DNA from: Escherichia coli
Lineage (GTDB): Bacteria > Pseudomonadota > Gammaproteobacteria > Enterobacterales > Enterobacteriaceae
DNA length: 64,000 nt
Reading direction: 5' to 3' (one strand)
Assembly: GCF_024700885.2 (NCBI RefSeq)
Contig: NZ_CP117016.1
Every line of letters begins with the position of its first letter. Within the stretch, counting starts at the first letter, position 1. The notes below the pieces were generated by a model. It was not told the DNA's origin and did no database searches. It saw only the letters and a program-made list of their open reading frames with translations. Of the stretch, positions 45,153 through 55,245 are shown in pieces. The position numbers and the translations under genes are program-made.

Positions 45153-47956
45153 TGCGGAATATCTCCGGAGAATCTCTGACGCTTCTGTGTCAGATTAAGA
45201 ACAACGGGAGAACCATCATCTTTCAGCAGATAACCAGTACCAAGTTTCACCAGGTACTGACTATCGCCGTAACTTTGCAAACCATACTGACCAGGCGGTG
45301 TTTTTATCCCGGAGCCGACAACTTGTTCATTCCAAGCCTGATTAACCTGCTTATCGAATTGCTCTGCAGACATTCCCCACGGCAAAAGGACATTCCCCAT
45401 TCCGTTATAGTCATGCACGCCACCTGTAGCTACGTTAACAGCCTGTTTCCAGATATCATTGTCAATTTCGCCTGATACCACGCCTTTTTTCGCCATCACA
45501 CCAGCGTAATAATCCTTTGCGATCTCGTATGCCATTGATGCCCCCTGAGCGTCACCAGCAAATGCATCCTTCACCATGTCAGAAAACTCAAGGCGAAGAT
45601 CAGCATCTTTAGGCATCGGAATACCTTTCGCATCATCAGTACCTTTACGAGCCGCCGCGCCAGCAAGAATTGTCTGCGCAGCGGTTTCAGGAGACACGGA
45701 AACATCCGGATTAAACCAGTTTTTTTCTGCCAAAATACCACCAGGCTTATCCATCAGTATCCCGGCAACGGCAGCAGATGGAGCGTTGGCACTGATCTGC
45801 TGTAGTGCTGACATATACACCTGCCCACCACCAGTGCTCTGCCTGATGGTATCGAGATATGCTGCCTGTTGGGAAACTGGAGCATCACGAAAGAAAACAC
45901 CGATCTGATTGGCCTCGTCTTTGGAAAAGAACGTCAGTGGAGTGCCATATGACTTAGCAAGGTCACTGACCTGAGCGGCACGCAAGGCAACGCTCTGTCC
46001 AAAGTTATCCTTATTGCTCATGTCGATAGGCTTTGCCTGTCCGGAGGCAAGAGAGAACTGCACAGGATCCGACTGCCGCTGCTTTATCACCTGATTTGCA
46101 GCCGAAACAACGTTGTCATAAAGAGCTGCTCGTGCCGCATAGCCCTCCCCTGTATCACCAGTATCCGGGCGTAATTGCTCAACATATGCTGTAATGCTGC
46201 TTGTCGGCATGTTGCGGAAAGAGCCTATATACTGTCCAGCGATCTGCGTATTCTTAAACTCGGTATATCGCAGGTTTCCTTCTCTGACTCCATAAGCTGC
46301 AATAAAATCATCCTCACCAGGTGGGTTAGGAAATTCAACGCCACGCATATATGCAGCTGTCGCATCGCGAACCTGGCTGTCAATCATCGTTTTATATTCA
46401 GCCTGCTGCTGCCGACGCAGTTGATCCGCCTGTCGCATAAAACTTGCCTGCGCCTCAGGAGATGCCGCATCGAATGCTGCATTACCGGTATAGCGTTTGG
46501 TGTTGGTTGGAATTGTTGATAAACCAAGTGCTGCACTGACACCAGCAGTTAACTGCTGATCACTGTATGGCTGGCTACCGTTCTCATGATGGATAATGGC
46601 TGCACAAAGCGCCTTCAGGGTATCAGGATTTGATGCATCGAGAGGCTCATCAGCAGAAACGCCAAGTTGTTCGCACACTGCTTTGATATATGACATAGTG
46701 TCATTTTTATCAGTAGGCGGTGCCCAGCGATTAATTATCTCGCTGACTGTATCAATACCCTGCCGCTGATACGACATCAGGTTCCGCCCTAATGCACGAA
46801 TCCCGTGTTCAGGTGTTTCGAATTTAGCAAATCGACCATCATCACCGGTCTGGCCTACCCACGGATTAGTTTTGCTGTATTCGAGATTTCCTGGGTTGTT
46901 ATTACGGATACCGCGAGCACCACCTTTTACGTAATACTGATCCTGCTGTTCGTGAAGTTTCTCAGCATAGGCGGTCGCATTCTCAGGGTTATCGAATATT
47001 CCAAGGTGTTTTCCAGTTTTTTCATACAGAGCAATAGCTTCGTCATCGGAAAGCAATTTTCCATCATCACTGACGGTGGGAATGAGAACTTCTCCAGCTT
47101 CCGTGCCTATAGAAATTGTTCGAACGGTACTGATAGTCCCATCTTCATTTTTGACAGATGGGCGGTTGAAGAGATTAATATTTCCTTGAACAACCATTCC
47201 CTTTGTGGACTTTGGCTCTCCACCATAAGGATTAACAATAGCCCGCTTTGATCCAGCAGCAGTATCGCTTAGCTCGCCATTACTTTGGATAAATGAGATC
47301 GCATTGTTTGCCGACCACTGGGACAATGCTGCATCAGCAACCTTCTCTTTAAACTCGATTTTCTTGGCCTGTATTTGCTCGTCGCTCCAGCCATGTGCAG
47401 CACCGTACTCCTCAATTTGCTGGAAAGTTTGCTTATTAGCCAATATGTATGCGGCATTGTCGCCATACAATGCTGCGGCATTTTTACCATTGTTCAGCAG
47501 CGTCGCCTGAAACTGACCTTCTTCGTAGGCATTAATTTGCCCTATCTCGTGCCGCCCGGCCTGCGTAGTGAACTGAATGCGCTGCTGCTGTGCCTGCTGC
47601 ATGAAAGCATTACGAGTCTGTTCATCCGGCAGCGACATAGCCAGTTGTTCGACCTGAGCATCAAACTGCTGCGTATACTCCTGACCTTTTCCAATAGCAT
47701 TTTTCCCTTTCAGGTTAAGCAATCCTGTTTCAGTATTATTCAGCAGATCACTGCTTATCTGACTGAGGTTAAGAGATGCCTCCTGAGCCAGAGCGATATT
47801 GGCACGCTGTTTTGCCTGCCCCAAAACATCAATTGCCTCTGTCCCTGCCCGAACAAAAGCATCACTAATACCTGGCTGAGAAAACGTCTGCAAGCCTGCT
47901 GACTGAACTCCACGACTCTCAACCTGACGTCCGGATACTGTTGGTACGACTGGCAT
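45149..47956 (-). CDS. Large internal virion / ejection protein (gp15-position) with a conserved-looking central globular island
   Basis: ORF 45149-48031. Start moved to ATG 47956 ([11 protein letters not shown]) behind ggagga, overlapping the upstream stop as TAATG. 935 aa. Central motif [24 protein letters not shown]. Confidence 0.7.
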
Positions 47957-48501
47957 TATAATCCTCCGGGTAATCTGGTTCCTGCTGCTGCCCCGATTGG
48001 CGCAGGGGTGCTTTGAGTAAACGGACTCCACGTCCCACCAAACATCTGGTACGCACCGTATGCCTTCAGAGGCGCAGTGAGCAATGTTGTTGCTGCTCCC
48101 ACATTCCCCTGTTTACGGGCTGAACTGGCTTCTGCTTTATAGTTGGCAGCCTGAACCTGATAACCGTAAGCCTCGCGTTGCGCGTTATTCACCGTCGTCA
48201 GCGAATCAAGAGCGCCAAACTGGGCAGTGTCGCCAAATATATCCAGCGCGTTACCGGTAGATAAATCGGCGCCGGTCGCCCCCATTGTCGCCGCCTGTGT
48301 ACCAAGCCGCTGTCGGGTCTCTCTGCGCCGTTGCTCAGCTTCAGCGTTACCTCTGTTTATTGCATCATTTGCCTGAGCTGTGGCTATATCTGCGTTCGCT
48401 TCTGCAACCTTCGAGGCATACTTTCCCTGTTGGTACTGGGTGTATGCCTGAATGCCACTCATGGCGAGCATTGCGCCACCAGCAATAACCGGATCGCACA
48501 T
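47956..48501 (-). CDS. Internal virion protein (T7 gp14-position and size)
   Basis: 181 aa, Ala/Gly/Gln-rich. TAATG overlap with the upstream gene. Size and order are like T7 gp14. Confidence 0.55.
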   Translation of the reverse strand: MCDPVIAGGAMLAMSGIQAYTQYQQGKYASKVAEANADIATAQANDAINRGNAEAEQRRRETRQRLGTQAATMGATGADLSTGNALDIFGDTAQFGALDSLTTVNNAQREAYGYQVQAANYKAEASSARKQGNVGAATTLLTAPLKAYGAYQMFGGTWSPFTQSTPAPIGAAAGTRLPGGL

Positions 48502-48965
48502 TATTTTCTCTCCATGTGAAATCTGTGGAAATTAAGACCAAGAGCACCATAAGGCGCGGCTTCTTCAAGCCTGAATCCAAGCCAGTGCAGCCATGCTTTG
48601 GCAACATGGTTTCGCTCGTCGACGTAGTTTTCCAGGCGTGGATAAACTGCCAGCATCTGCTGCAATACAGGGCGGCAGTGGCGAAGAAATGTCTTCTGAT
48701 ATTTTTCAATACGGCTGGTTCCTACCAGCCAGGGCGTACCATTGCCACCGATCATTGACGCCGGAGATACGCCAAACATGGTTACCAGTTCTCCGTTCGC
48801 AAATCCTGACCAGGCCATAGTCGCAGTGCGAAGACCAACACGCAGCGCATCTTCGGTAGTCATCAGCGATACCGCATACAGTTCGTCAATATCAGCCTGA
48901 CGAACATCCGGAAAAATCATCTGAAGATGCTCTTCGGTAGCGGGAACAATTCGAACATCGATCAT
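48501..48965 (-). CDS. Virion assembly/internal protein (T7 gp13-position)
   Basis: 154 aa, between the gp12-like and gp14-like genes. Assignment by synteny only. Confidence 0.45.
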   Translation of the reverse strand: MIDVRIVPATEEHLQMIFPDVRQADIDELYAVSLMTTEDALRVGLRTATMAWSGFANGELVTMFGVSPASMIGGNGTPWLVGTSRIEKYQKTFLRHCRPVLQQMLAVYPRLENYVDERNHVAKAWLHWLGFRLEEAAPYGALGLNFHRFHMERK

Positions 48966-51436
48966 CAGAATCCCCCAACAGTAAGGCGAGGAATAACGGC
49001 AAGAACAGACAGCGGCAACGGGTCAAGCTGACGGATTCTTACACGTCCGTTTTTGCCCCAGTTACTGTCCAGTTTCACTTCTACTTTTCCGGTAGCGTCA
49101 TCAACAGGATCATCGTAGAACTCGAATTCACGCTGTGGATATTCGTACCATTTACCGCCGGGCGTAGTCGCCCAGATGCCGCGGCTGGCATTCACAACCA
49201 GAGTAACGGATGGGATCACCTGTTTTTTGTCCAGCAGCGTTTCCTGTCCGTTAATGTTGATATCCAGTGTTTCGAATTCAGCAGTTATTGGCAGGCCGAT
49301 GTGCACTACAGCCCCCGGTGATTCCAGCGTGACGGCGCCTCCGGAAACTACTTTCTGTGGTTCCACGTTCGCATCAGAGAGGATGTTTACGGTCTGACCT
49401 TCAAGATGAGACAAGCCGCCAAATGCCCGGCGCGCCATCTGCCAGTTCGTGGTGGCCACATTCCTGAGGGATGGCGGGACGTTCCTGTTAGCACGAACCA
49501 CTACAGCGGTGTTGCTGGTTACAGAAATAATGTCGCAACGTAATTCTTTTGACACTTCATCGCCAGTATCAGGATCAGTTCCGGTATAAGGGAACTGTAG
49601 TTGCGCACCGACATCACTACTGGTGAAGTACGCACCGCCAGAAATACTGATTGTATATTCCGCGCGGTAATCCCATTCGCCAGAACCACCAGTGATGGTC
49701 ATCGTTCTGTCAGACGTATTTCTTCCATCATAGCTAAGGCCAGAATCAACAAAGAAAGCATCTTCATCGCTGGTAAATAAACGGCTGGACAGTCTCTCGA
49801 TGTATCTCACTGTTTGCCCGTTAACGGTTCGGTTAACGACGAAATACACCGCATCTTCATTTCCTTCGCTGATACTGCATGTGCTTTCATATTTTCCGGT
49901 ACTGGATTGTGGTGCCCATGCAAAAACCTGCTGATCACGCAAATAGGTCATCACCAGTAATTTACCGTCATCACGAATGCAGAAGGCGCTGGAGTAAGGG
50001 ACAATAGAGAAGCACCAGTCAACAATGCTGTGCTTCTGAAAAAGATGATTGGCAAGGATGGTCAGGTCGTTCCCCTGATAGCCGTCAACATCGAATGAGT
50101 AGGCCAGATCACGGACAACACTGCCTTTCTCCTGGACGAACAGAGCAATATTCGCCACGGCAATTGGTGGGACATTGCTCGAGCCATTTGATCCCTGAGA
50201 GCTGAATGCAAATGATGATGGGGTTAACACTTTGTTCTGGTCGCCGGTGATGACGTACTCACCTCCGGAAGTCAGTGCCACCAGCGAACCGACATCAATC
50301 AGGTGGCGGATCTCATTAACCTGACGCCCGGCATAGGTGTAGATAATTCTGTCGTTATCCTGCGTAGGATTGCTTTTGCCAAAATCCTTATAATCCCCAG
50401 TACGGCTGGCCCAGATAGTCTGAGGGAACGCAGTCGATGCGGCGAAGTAAAGACGTTGTTGATAATAAACAACAGTGCCAGGATAACCATTAACACTGTT
50501 CCAGGCATATTTAGCCCATTTATAGCTGGCATTATCCTCGCCAACGACCTGCGAAGGGATATAGGAAATCACCTCGGCAGTTGCAGTAGTGCCGTTTACA
50601 GCAGTGATACGGGCAATGCCAAACCCACTGTGCAGATACTCCCACTCAATGCCAGTATTATCATCACCGGATCCGCCCCAGCCATCCCATGATGTGCCTT
50701 CTGTATGCGAAGGGCGCAAAGTACCAGTTTTGCCTGCTGTAACGGCGCGATAGTAGTTACTGTCTGCACGGCGAATATCACCAATCGACGTACTCTTACT
50801 GGTTTCCCATACCGGCACTGAATCCACTGCTGGCTGTTCCAGATAGAACAATTTGCCTACCTGCTCCGCGCCAAAAATAGAGGCGCTTGCCGTTAACGTA
50901 ATTGTCCCGGTGCTGGCGCTGGCATAAACCGTCACTGACTCGTCAATATTGATATCTTCAAATGGCCCGTTCTTCGTTACCACATCAACCAGTTGCCAGT
51001 TGTCATGCGCATAGCGGCGCAACTCTTTCGGCGGGTATGCCGGATGAACCAGCGTAAGCACGTCTGCGCTTTGCGTGAATTTAATTCTGAACAGATCGGC
51101 TTCAGTATATGGCGTGGCAATTTCATAAATAACATTGCTGCTGTTCAGCACCAACGCACCATCTTTGATAACGCGCATGTACTGGTGTCCGAACTCCAGA
51201 GCATAAGTCTGAACCGTCGAGAACTGGAACGGGATCAGGCGGCATTTCCGATTTGGGTATTTGGCGGCACCGACAAAACGCGTACCAGGTCGATTCTCAA
51301 CGCCGCCATACTGCCGCACGATAAAGTTATCGCACTTGCGCAATGCCACCTGGTACTTCGCCATGTCGATACGACCGTACAACGACGGTCCAATCTCACC
51401 ACCGGCAAAGCTGGGCTGGATCCAACTGATAGCCAT
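48965..51436 (-). CDS. Tail tubular protein B-like (nozzle; T7 gp12-position)
   Basis: 823 aa (T7 gp12 is about 794 aa). N-terminus MAISWIQPSFAGGEIGPSLYGRIDMAKYQVAL is typical of podovirus nozzle proteins. Confidence 0.6.
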   Translation of the reverse strand: MAISWIQPSFAGGEIGPSLYGRIDMAKYQVALRKCDNFIVRQYGGVENRPGTRFVGAAKYPNRKCRLIPFQFSTVQTYALEFGHQYMRVIKDGALVLNSSNVIYEIATPYTEADLFRIKFTQSADVLTLVHPAYPPKELRRYAHDNWQLVDVVTKNGPFEDINIDESVTVYASASTGTITLTASASIFGAEQVGKLFYLEQPAVDSVPVWETSKSTSIGDIRRADSNYYRAVTAGKTGTLRPSHTEGTSWDGWGGSGDDNTGIEWEYLHSGFGIARITAVNGTTATAEVISYIPSQVVGEDNASYKWAKYAWNSVNGYPGTVVYYQQRLYFAASTAFPQTIWASRTGDYKDFGKSNPTQDNDRIIYTYAGRQVNEIRHLIDVGSLVALTSGGEYVITGDQNKVLTPSSFAFSSQGSNGSSNVPPIAVANIALFVQEKGSVVRDLAYSFDVDGYQGNDLTILANHLFQKHSIVDWCFSIVPYSSAFCIRDDGKLLVMTYLRDQQVFAWAPQSSTGKYESTCSISEGNEDAVYFVVNRTVNGQTVRYIERLSSRLFTSDEDAFFVDSGLSYDGRNTSDRTMTITGGSGEWDYRAEYTISISGGAYFTSSDVGAQLQFPYTGTDPDTGDEVSKELRCDIISVTSNTAVVVRANRNVPPSLRNVATTNWQMARRAFGGLSHLEGQTVNILSDANVEPQKVVSGGAVTLESPGAVVHIGLPITAEFETLDININGQETLLDKKQVIPSVTLVVNASRGIWATTPGGKWYEYPQREFEFYDDPVDDATGKVEVKLDSNWGKNGRVRIRQLDPLPLSVLAVIPRLTVGGF

Positions 51437-52041
51437 CAGGACAACCTCGCAATGGTAAACTCGTCAACCGGTGGCTGTGGTTCCTGTGATTCATTCTGGC
51501 TATGCGAGCCAGCACTAAGAATCACGCGATTGTACATATTGAGGGCAAACGTACCGAGGTCTGCATTCCCAGTCAGCGCCATGTTAATAGCTGCCGCAAG
51601 ACGCCAGGCCAACGCCTCCATAAAAATGGCATCAAACATGTTCACATCTGTAACACGAGAGACATACTTGAGCCATGCCTGAGGCTGGTCTGTGTAGATC
51701 AACTTTCCTGTTCCGTTGGTGTCTACACCTACTTCGTACTGAACGCGCATTGCTGCTGTTGGATTGCGTACACCAGGAAGCATAATTTCAGTAATGCGCA
51801 GACAATCGGACGGGTACTGATACGCATATTCCCAGTCAGGCGGTAGATTGCTCGTATCTGCAAGCGCCACGCGTTTGGTAGCAAAGTTCCAGTCAAAATC
51901 AGAAAGCACAGCATCACGGCAGGCCTCAAAGTGCAGCGAACATTCCCCCGCTTCCTTGCTGGCTTCCGTCAGGCTGTTAATGCTGCGGCTATTGCCAATA
52001 TTGGACAGCGCACGATTGCAGATCTCTACTACAGAGGCCAT
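51436..52041 (-). CDS. Tail tubular protein A-like (adaptor/gatekeeper; T7 gp11-position)
   Basis: 201 aa (T7 gp11 is about 196 aa). N-terminus MASVVEICNRALSNIG. Lies directly upstream of the nozzle gene. Confidence 0.55.
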   Translation of the reverse strand: MASVVEICNRALSNIGNSRSINSLTEASKEAGECSLHFEACRDAVLSDFDWNFATKRVALADTSNLPPDWEYAYQYPSDCLRITEIMLPGVRNPTAAMRVQYEVGVDTNGTGKLIYTDQPQAWLKYVSRVTDVNMFDAIFMEALAWRLAAAINMALTGNADLGTFALNMYNRVILSAGSHSQNESQEPQPPVDEFTIARLS

Positions 52042-52364
52042 TACTCACCCCCATTGCCGTACAGGGTTTCAGCCGCTGATTTTTCTACATCCCCGGAAAC
52101 AGGAGCGATCGCCATATCAGTGATCTGCAGATCGGCACTGCGATTAACACCATCGTCAGTTTCTCTGGCAGACAGGCCTCGAATAACAGCCTTTGCAGTT
52201 ATCATCACTTCTGTTCCGACGCCCTGAGGTTGCGCCTTCAGCTTATTCAATGTGTCGTTATTAAGAGTGATGCACAGCCCCCACGGGTATTCATCGCGAG
52301 TTCTGGTTTCTCCGCTCTCATCCTGGTAGCTGTCAGTGCCGGTTTTGAGGTTTACGAGTTCCAT
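52041..52364 (-). CDS. Hypothetical head/tail-joining region protein
   Basis: ORF 52041-52370. ATG 52364 (MELVNLK) sits 5 nt after the RBS aggag. Confidence 0.5.
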   Translation of the reverse strand: MELVNLKTGTDSYQDESGETRTRDEYPWGLCITLNNDTLNKLKAQPQGVGTEVMITAKAVIRGLSARETDDGVNRSADLQITDMAIAPVSGDVEKSAAETLYGNGGE

Positions 52365-52379
52365 ATACACTCCTGCAAT

Positions 52380-52399
52380 AAAGGGGCCGAAGCCCCTTG
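52380..52399 (-). terminator. Intra-operon hairpin after the capsid gene block (attenuator candidate)
   Basis: Minus strand: aaggggc-ttcg-gcccctt followed by TATT. Confidence 0.35.
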
Positions 52400-52414
52400 T
52401 CTGATCCGCGAGGC

Positions 52415-52750
52415 TTACACGCCCAGTTCTTTACGCTTATCTGCGATCTTCTCGCGGAGCGTTTCGGCTTTGGCGTTATGGTGTGGCTTCTCGTTAAAGA
52501 GCAATTCGTACTCTTCACGGAGCTTATCCAGTTCACCATCATCTGACACATCGTTGATGATTTTGGTGCTGGTTGCTGCCATTGACACCTTTCCTGCAAC
52601 TTTTGCTTTTGCCTGTCTGGCTGCATCGTTAACAGGTTCCAGTGCGCTACCAGGCTCACCTTCGTATTCGATTTCTGCCCCCTCCGGCCACAGTGTGTTA
52701 TGGATATGAGAGAGGCGCAGAACGCGGTATCTTGGTTTCTCACCTGACAT
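52415..52750 (-). CDS. Hypothetical structural-module protein
   Basis: ORF 52415-52759. ATG 52750 (MSGEKPRYRVL) lies behind aaggtg. Confidence 0.5.
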   Translation of the reverse strand: MSGEKPRYRVLRLSHIHNTLWPEGAEIEYEGEPGSALEPVNDAARQAKAKVAGKVSMAATSTKIINDVSDDGELDKLREEYELLFNEKPHHNAKAETLREKIADKRKELGV

Positions 52751-52760
52751 CGATATCACC

Positions 52761-53198
52761 TTAACCAGTTACTTTTGAGCGGATCGGGTACGGCGTATTG
52801 GCATCAACATCCAGACTGATACCAGCAGTGAATTTGCCATCCGTTAGTGGGCCAGTTGCGACGGAGTAGTTAACACGCAGATATCGCTGAACACCGGCTG
52901 GCACCTTTGCAGAAACAACTCGCTTACCTGCTGTCAGGGTGGCCTTTGCCAGTGCGCCACTATCATAAATAGTGGTCCAAGAGCTGTTATTCTCACTCGT
53001 CTGCAACTGGATGTTTACAGTTGCCTCACCACTTGCCGTGGCGGCTTCGTTAACCAGCGCCCAAAACTCAAGCGGGTAACCCACGTCGATATCGCGACGG
53101 TTTCCATCAATTGGACCGAGATCGATTACGTCAGTAGAAGCCGCGGTATCAGTTACCGCCTGTGCTTCGGAGAACATCAACAGTTTGTCGGTGATCAT
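52761..53198 (-). CDS. Capsid decoration/cement protein candidate (Bbp16 / epsilon15 gp10-type position)
   Basis: 145 aa, directly downstream of the major capsid gene. beta-rich, Thr/Ala/Val-rich composition. RBS ggagaaag. Confidence 0.45.
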   Translation of the reverse strand: MITDKLLMFSEAQAVTDTAASTDVIDLGPIDGNRRDIDVGYPLEFWALVNEAATASGEATVNIQLQTSENNSSWTTIYDSGALAKATLTAGKRVVSAKVPAGVQRYLRVNYSVATGPLTDGKFTAGISLDVDANTPYPIRSKVTG

Positions 53199-53249
53199 CT
53201 TCTTTCTCCATTAGTGGGTCTGTTACGACCCACAGGTTAATAACAGGCG

Positions 53250-54242
53250 TTACACCACGCGGGCTTCTGTTTCCAGAAGCGCATCAGTTTCACGGATTGG
53301 TACACCACGGAATGACGTCCACCACTCGCCTTCTGTCTCTTTTACGCTGATAGCCAGAGATGTTTTCTCCAGAGACTGCAGATCAAGAGCCTGGCCTACA
53401 GTGCGGTTCATGTAGAACACCGGGCGGCCCATGCCACGGTTTGGAATGCGATGTAGTGCTTTAACCATCAACTTCGCAATATTTGCGGCAGAGGAAGGTT
53501 CTGAAAGATTGCTGACATCGATGTTTGCAATGCGAACAACATAACGCCAGTCACGCAGAGCAAGCCCGTTGTCCCATTTGTAATGGGTACGGTAGCCTTC
53601 GTACTTGCCGCCATTCGCATCTTCCAGTGTCACCTGGCCTTTATCTTCCATCTGGATGCCAGCCTTCTGCCCTTTCGGGAAGATGCCATGCACGGTGTTT
53701 TCACCCCACACCACTAACCAGATTGAGGTGTTATCTGTACCCGTGCCACCAGCATCAATGATGTTCTGAGCATTACCCGCAGACAGGCTGGAATAGCGGG
53801 AGGACAGTCCCATAAACTGCTGAGGGTTAACGCTGGAATCACCATAAAACAACGTCTGCGCCATCTGCTGATTCATCGCTTCAATAAATGCGCGGTCTTC
53901 AGACAGGCGGAACTCGGCGGTATTGCCGTTCAGATCAGCCAGTGACTTATCGACTTCAGCATAGGTTTCCAGCATGCCAACGGAATCGGTTACCTGCACT
54001 GTGGTTGATTTGCTTGGCTGTACGCCATAGTTCAGCAAACGCCAGGTAGCTGAAGGTAAACCAGAACGAATGGTGGTTCGGTGTCCGGTAGGAAGGTTCC
54101 CTTCGACAAAAGGCATATCCTGAAGGATCGGGTTAGTTTGACCGAGAAGCTCGATAATCTTATCGACTTTCCCGTTTGGATCGACGCGCTTACCCCAGTC
54201 AGCCAGCGTTAGCGCAGTTAAGCCTTTAACAGCCATTGTCAT
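53250..54242 (-). CDS. Major capsid protein (HK97 fold, BPP-1/epsilon15 type)
   Basis: 330 aa. Position after the scaffold gene. MAVKGLTALTLADWGKRVDPNGKV...ETYAEVDKSLADLNG resembles major capsid proteins of this phage group. Confidence 0.8.
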   Translation of the reverse strand: MTMAVKGLTALTLADWGKRVDPNGKVDKIIELLGQTNPILQDMPFVEGNLPTGHRTTIRSGLPSATWRLLNYGVQPSKSTTVQVTDSVGMLETYAEVDKSLADLNGNTAEFRLSEDRAFIEAMNQQMAQTLFYGDSSVNPQQFMGLSSRYSSLSAGNAQNIIDAGGTGTDNTSIWLVVWGENTVHGIFPKGQKAGIQMEDKGQVTLEDANGGKYEGYRTHYKWDNGLALRDWRYVVRIANIDVSNLSEPSSAANIAKLMVKALHRIPNRGMGRPVFYMNRTVGQALDLQSLEKTSLAISVKETEGEWWTSFRGVPIRETDALLETEARVV

Positions 54243-54250
54243 TTCCTCTC

Positions 54251-54946
54251 TTATTTGCCATAGAGCACTTCGGCCGCACTACGCTGGCCTTCATTACCAC
54301 CGGTGACCATGCCATCTTCAGACATCGCCTTTCCGATTTTCACGAACGTTTTGACCAGATCAGGGTGATTACCCAGCCCGGTGGTGTTCAGATATTCTTT
54401 GAGTTCAGGTGTCCCGAACTGGTCAAGCGCACGCTGTGCGGCGCTAAGGTTAGAAATCAACTTGTCGCCACCGATTTCTTTGTCAGCTTTTACATCCGCA
54501 GCCCACTGCTCGGTTGTTTTCTGCCAGGCTTCTGCCTGGCGCTGCTGAACACCTGCCAGAATCTTCGGATAAGCATCAACCAGCTTTTGCGCTTGCTCGT
54601 TGGTCAGGTTAAGTTCTCGCGCCACTGGCTCGAATTCCTTCAACGCTTCTGTATCCAGCTCTACGCCTTCGGCAGCATGAAATTCGTACTTCTCCGGCGC
54701 ACCCTCTGGTTTATCGCCGTCCTTTTTTTCACCCTGCTTATCGTTTTCAGATTTTTTTTCATCATCAGGTTTATCGACATCAACAACAGGTTGTGGCTTA
54801 TCACCTTCCTGTTGTGATGGATCACCAGCTGGAGCAGGGTTATCACCTGCATGCGCTGACGGTTCTGACGCAGCCGGAGCTGCCCCACCATCGACTTGTT
54901 GCTCATTGCAAAGACGGCGATACAGCAAACGCTCAAATAAACTCAT
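54251..54946 (-). CDS. Scaffolding protein
   Basis: ORF 54251-54952, with ATG 54946 behind caggag. Acidic, low-complexity N-terminus (PAPAGDPSQQEGDKPQP, DDEKKSENDKQGEKKDGDK), helical C-terminus. Lies between the portal and capsid genes. Confidence 0.65.
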   Translation of the reverse strand: MSLFERLLYRRLCNEQQVDGGAAPAASEPSAHAGDNPAPAGDPSQQEGDKPQPVVDVDKPDDEKKSENDKQGEKKDGDKPEGAPEKYEFHAAEGVELDTEALKEFEPVARELNLTNEQAQKLVDAYPKILAGVQQRQAEAWQKTTEQWAADVKADKEIGGDKLISNLSAAQRALDQFGTPELKEYLNTTGLGNHPDLVKTFVKIGKAMSEDGMVTGGNEGQRSAAEVLYGK

Positions 54947-54948
54947 GA

Positions 54949-55245
54949 TCACTCCTGTTCACTGGCCTCTTTGGCCATCTTCAAATACTGTTCAGGGCAA
55001 TGCGCCATAACGCGCTGAAACAGTTCCAGCGCCAGATTGCGTTGCCCCTCATTAAATGCCATTGCCATAGCATCCATCGGAGAGATAGCGGAAAACACCC
55101 GGCCTTTCTCCAGCACCGACCAGACAACGCGACGCCCCTGTTCACTGCTCATGACAAAGCGAATGTCATCAATTTCACGCTGTGCCATGTCACGTTGCTT
55201 ACGGGCGTTTTCTTCTTTCAGTTGATCGTCTTCGTAATCTGTCAT
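54949..55245 (-). CDS. Small head-module protein (Bbp19-like position)
   Basis: 98 aa with ATGA overlaps on both sides, between the portal and scaffold genes. Confidence 0.45.
   Translation of the reverse strand: MTDYEDDQLKEENARKQRDMAQREIDDIRFVMSSEQGRRVVWSVLEKGRVFSAISPMDAMAMAFNEGQRNLALELFQRVMAHCPEQYLKMAKEASEQE

Noticed and set aside
54236-54817. 193-aa plus-strand ORF, together with the 245-aa ORF at 55368-56105
   Set aside because: They are antisense to the scaffold and portal genes. Their odd low-complexity composition (runs of L, F, R) reflects the complement of acidic or Gln-rich coding sequence.
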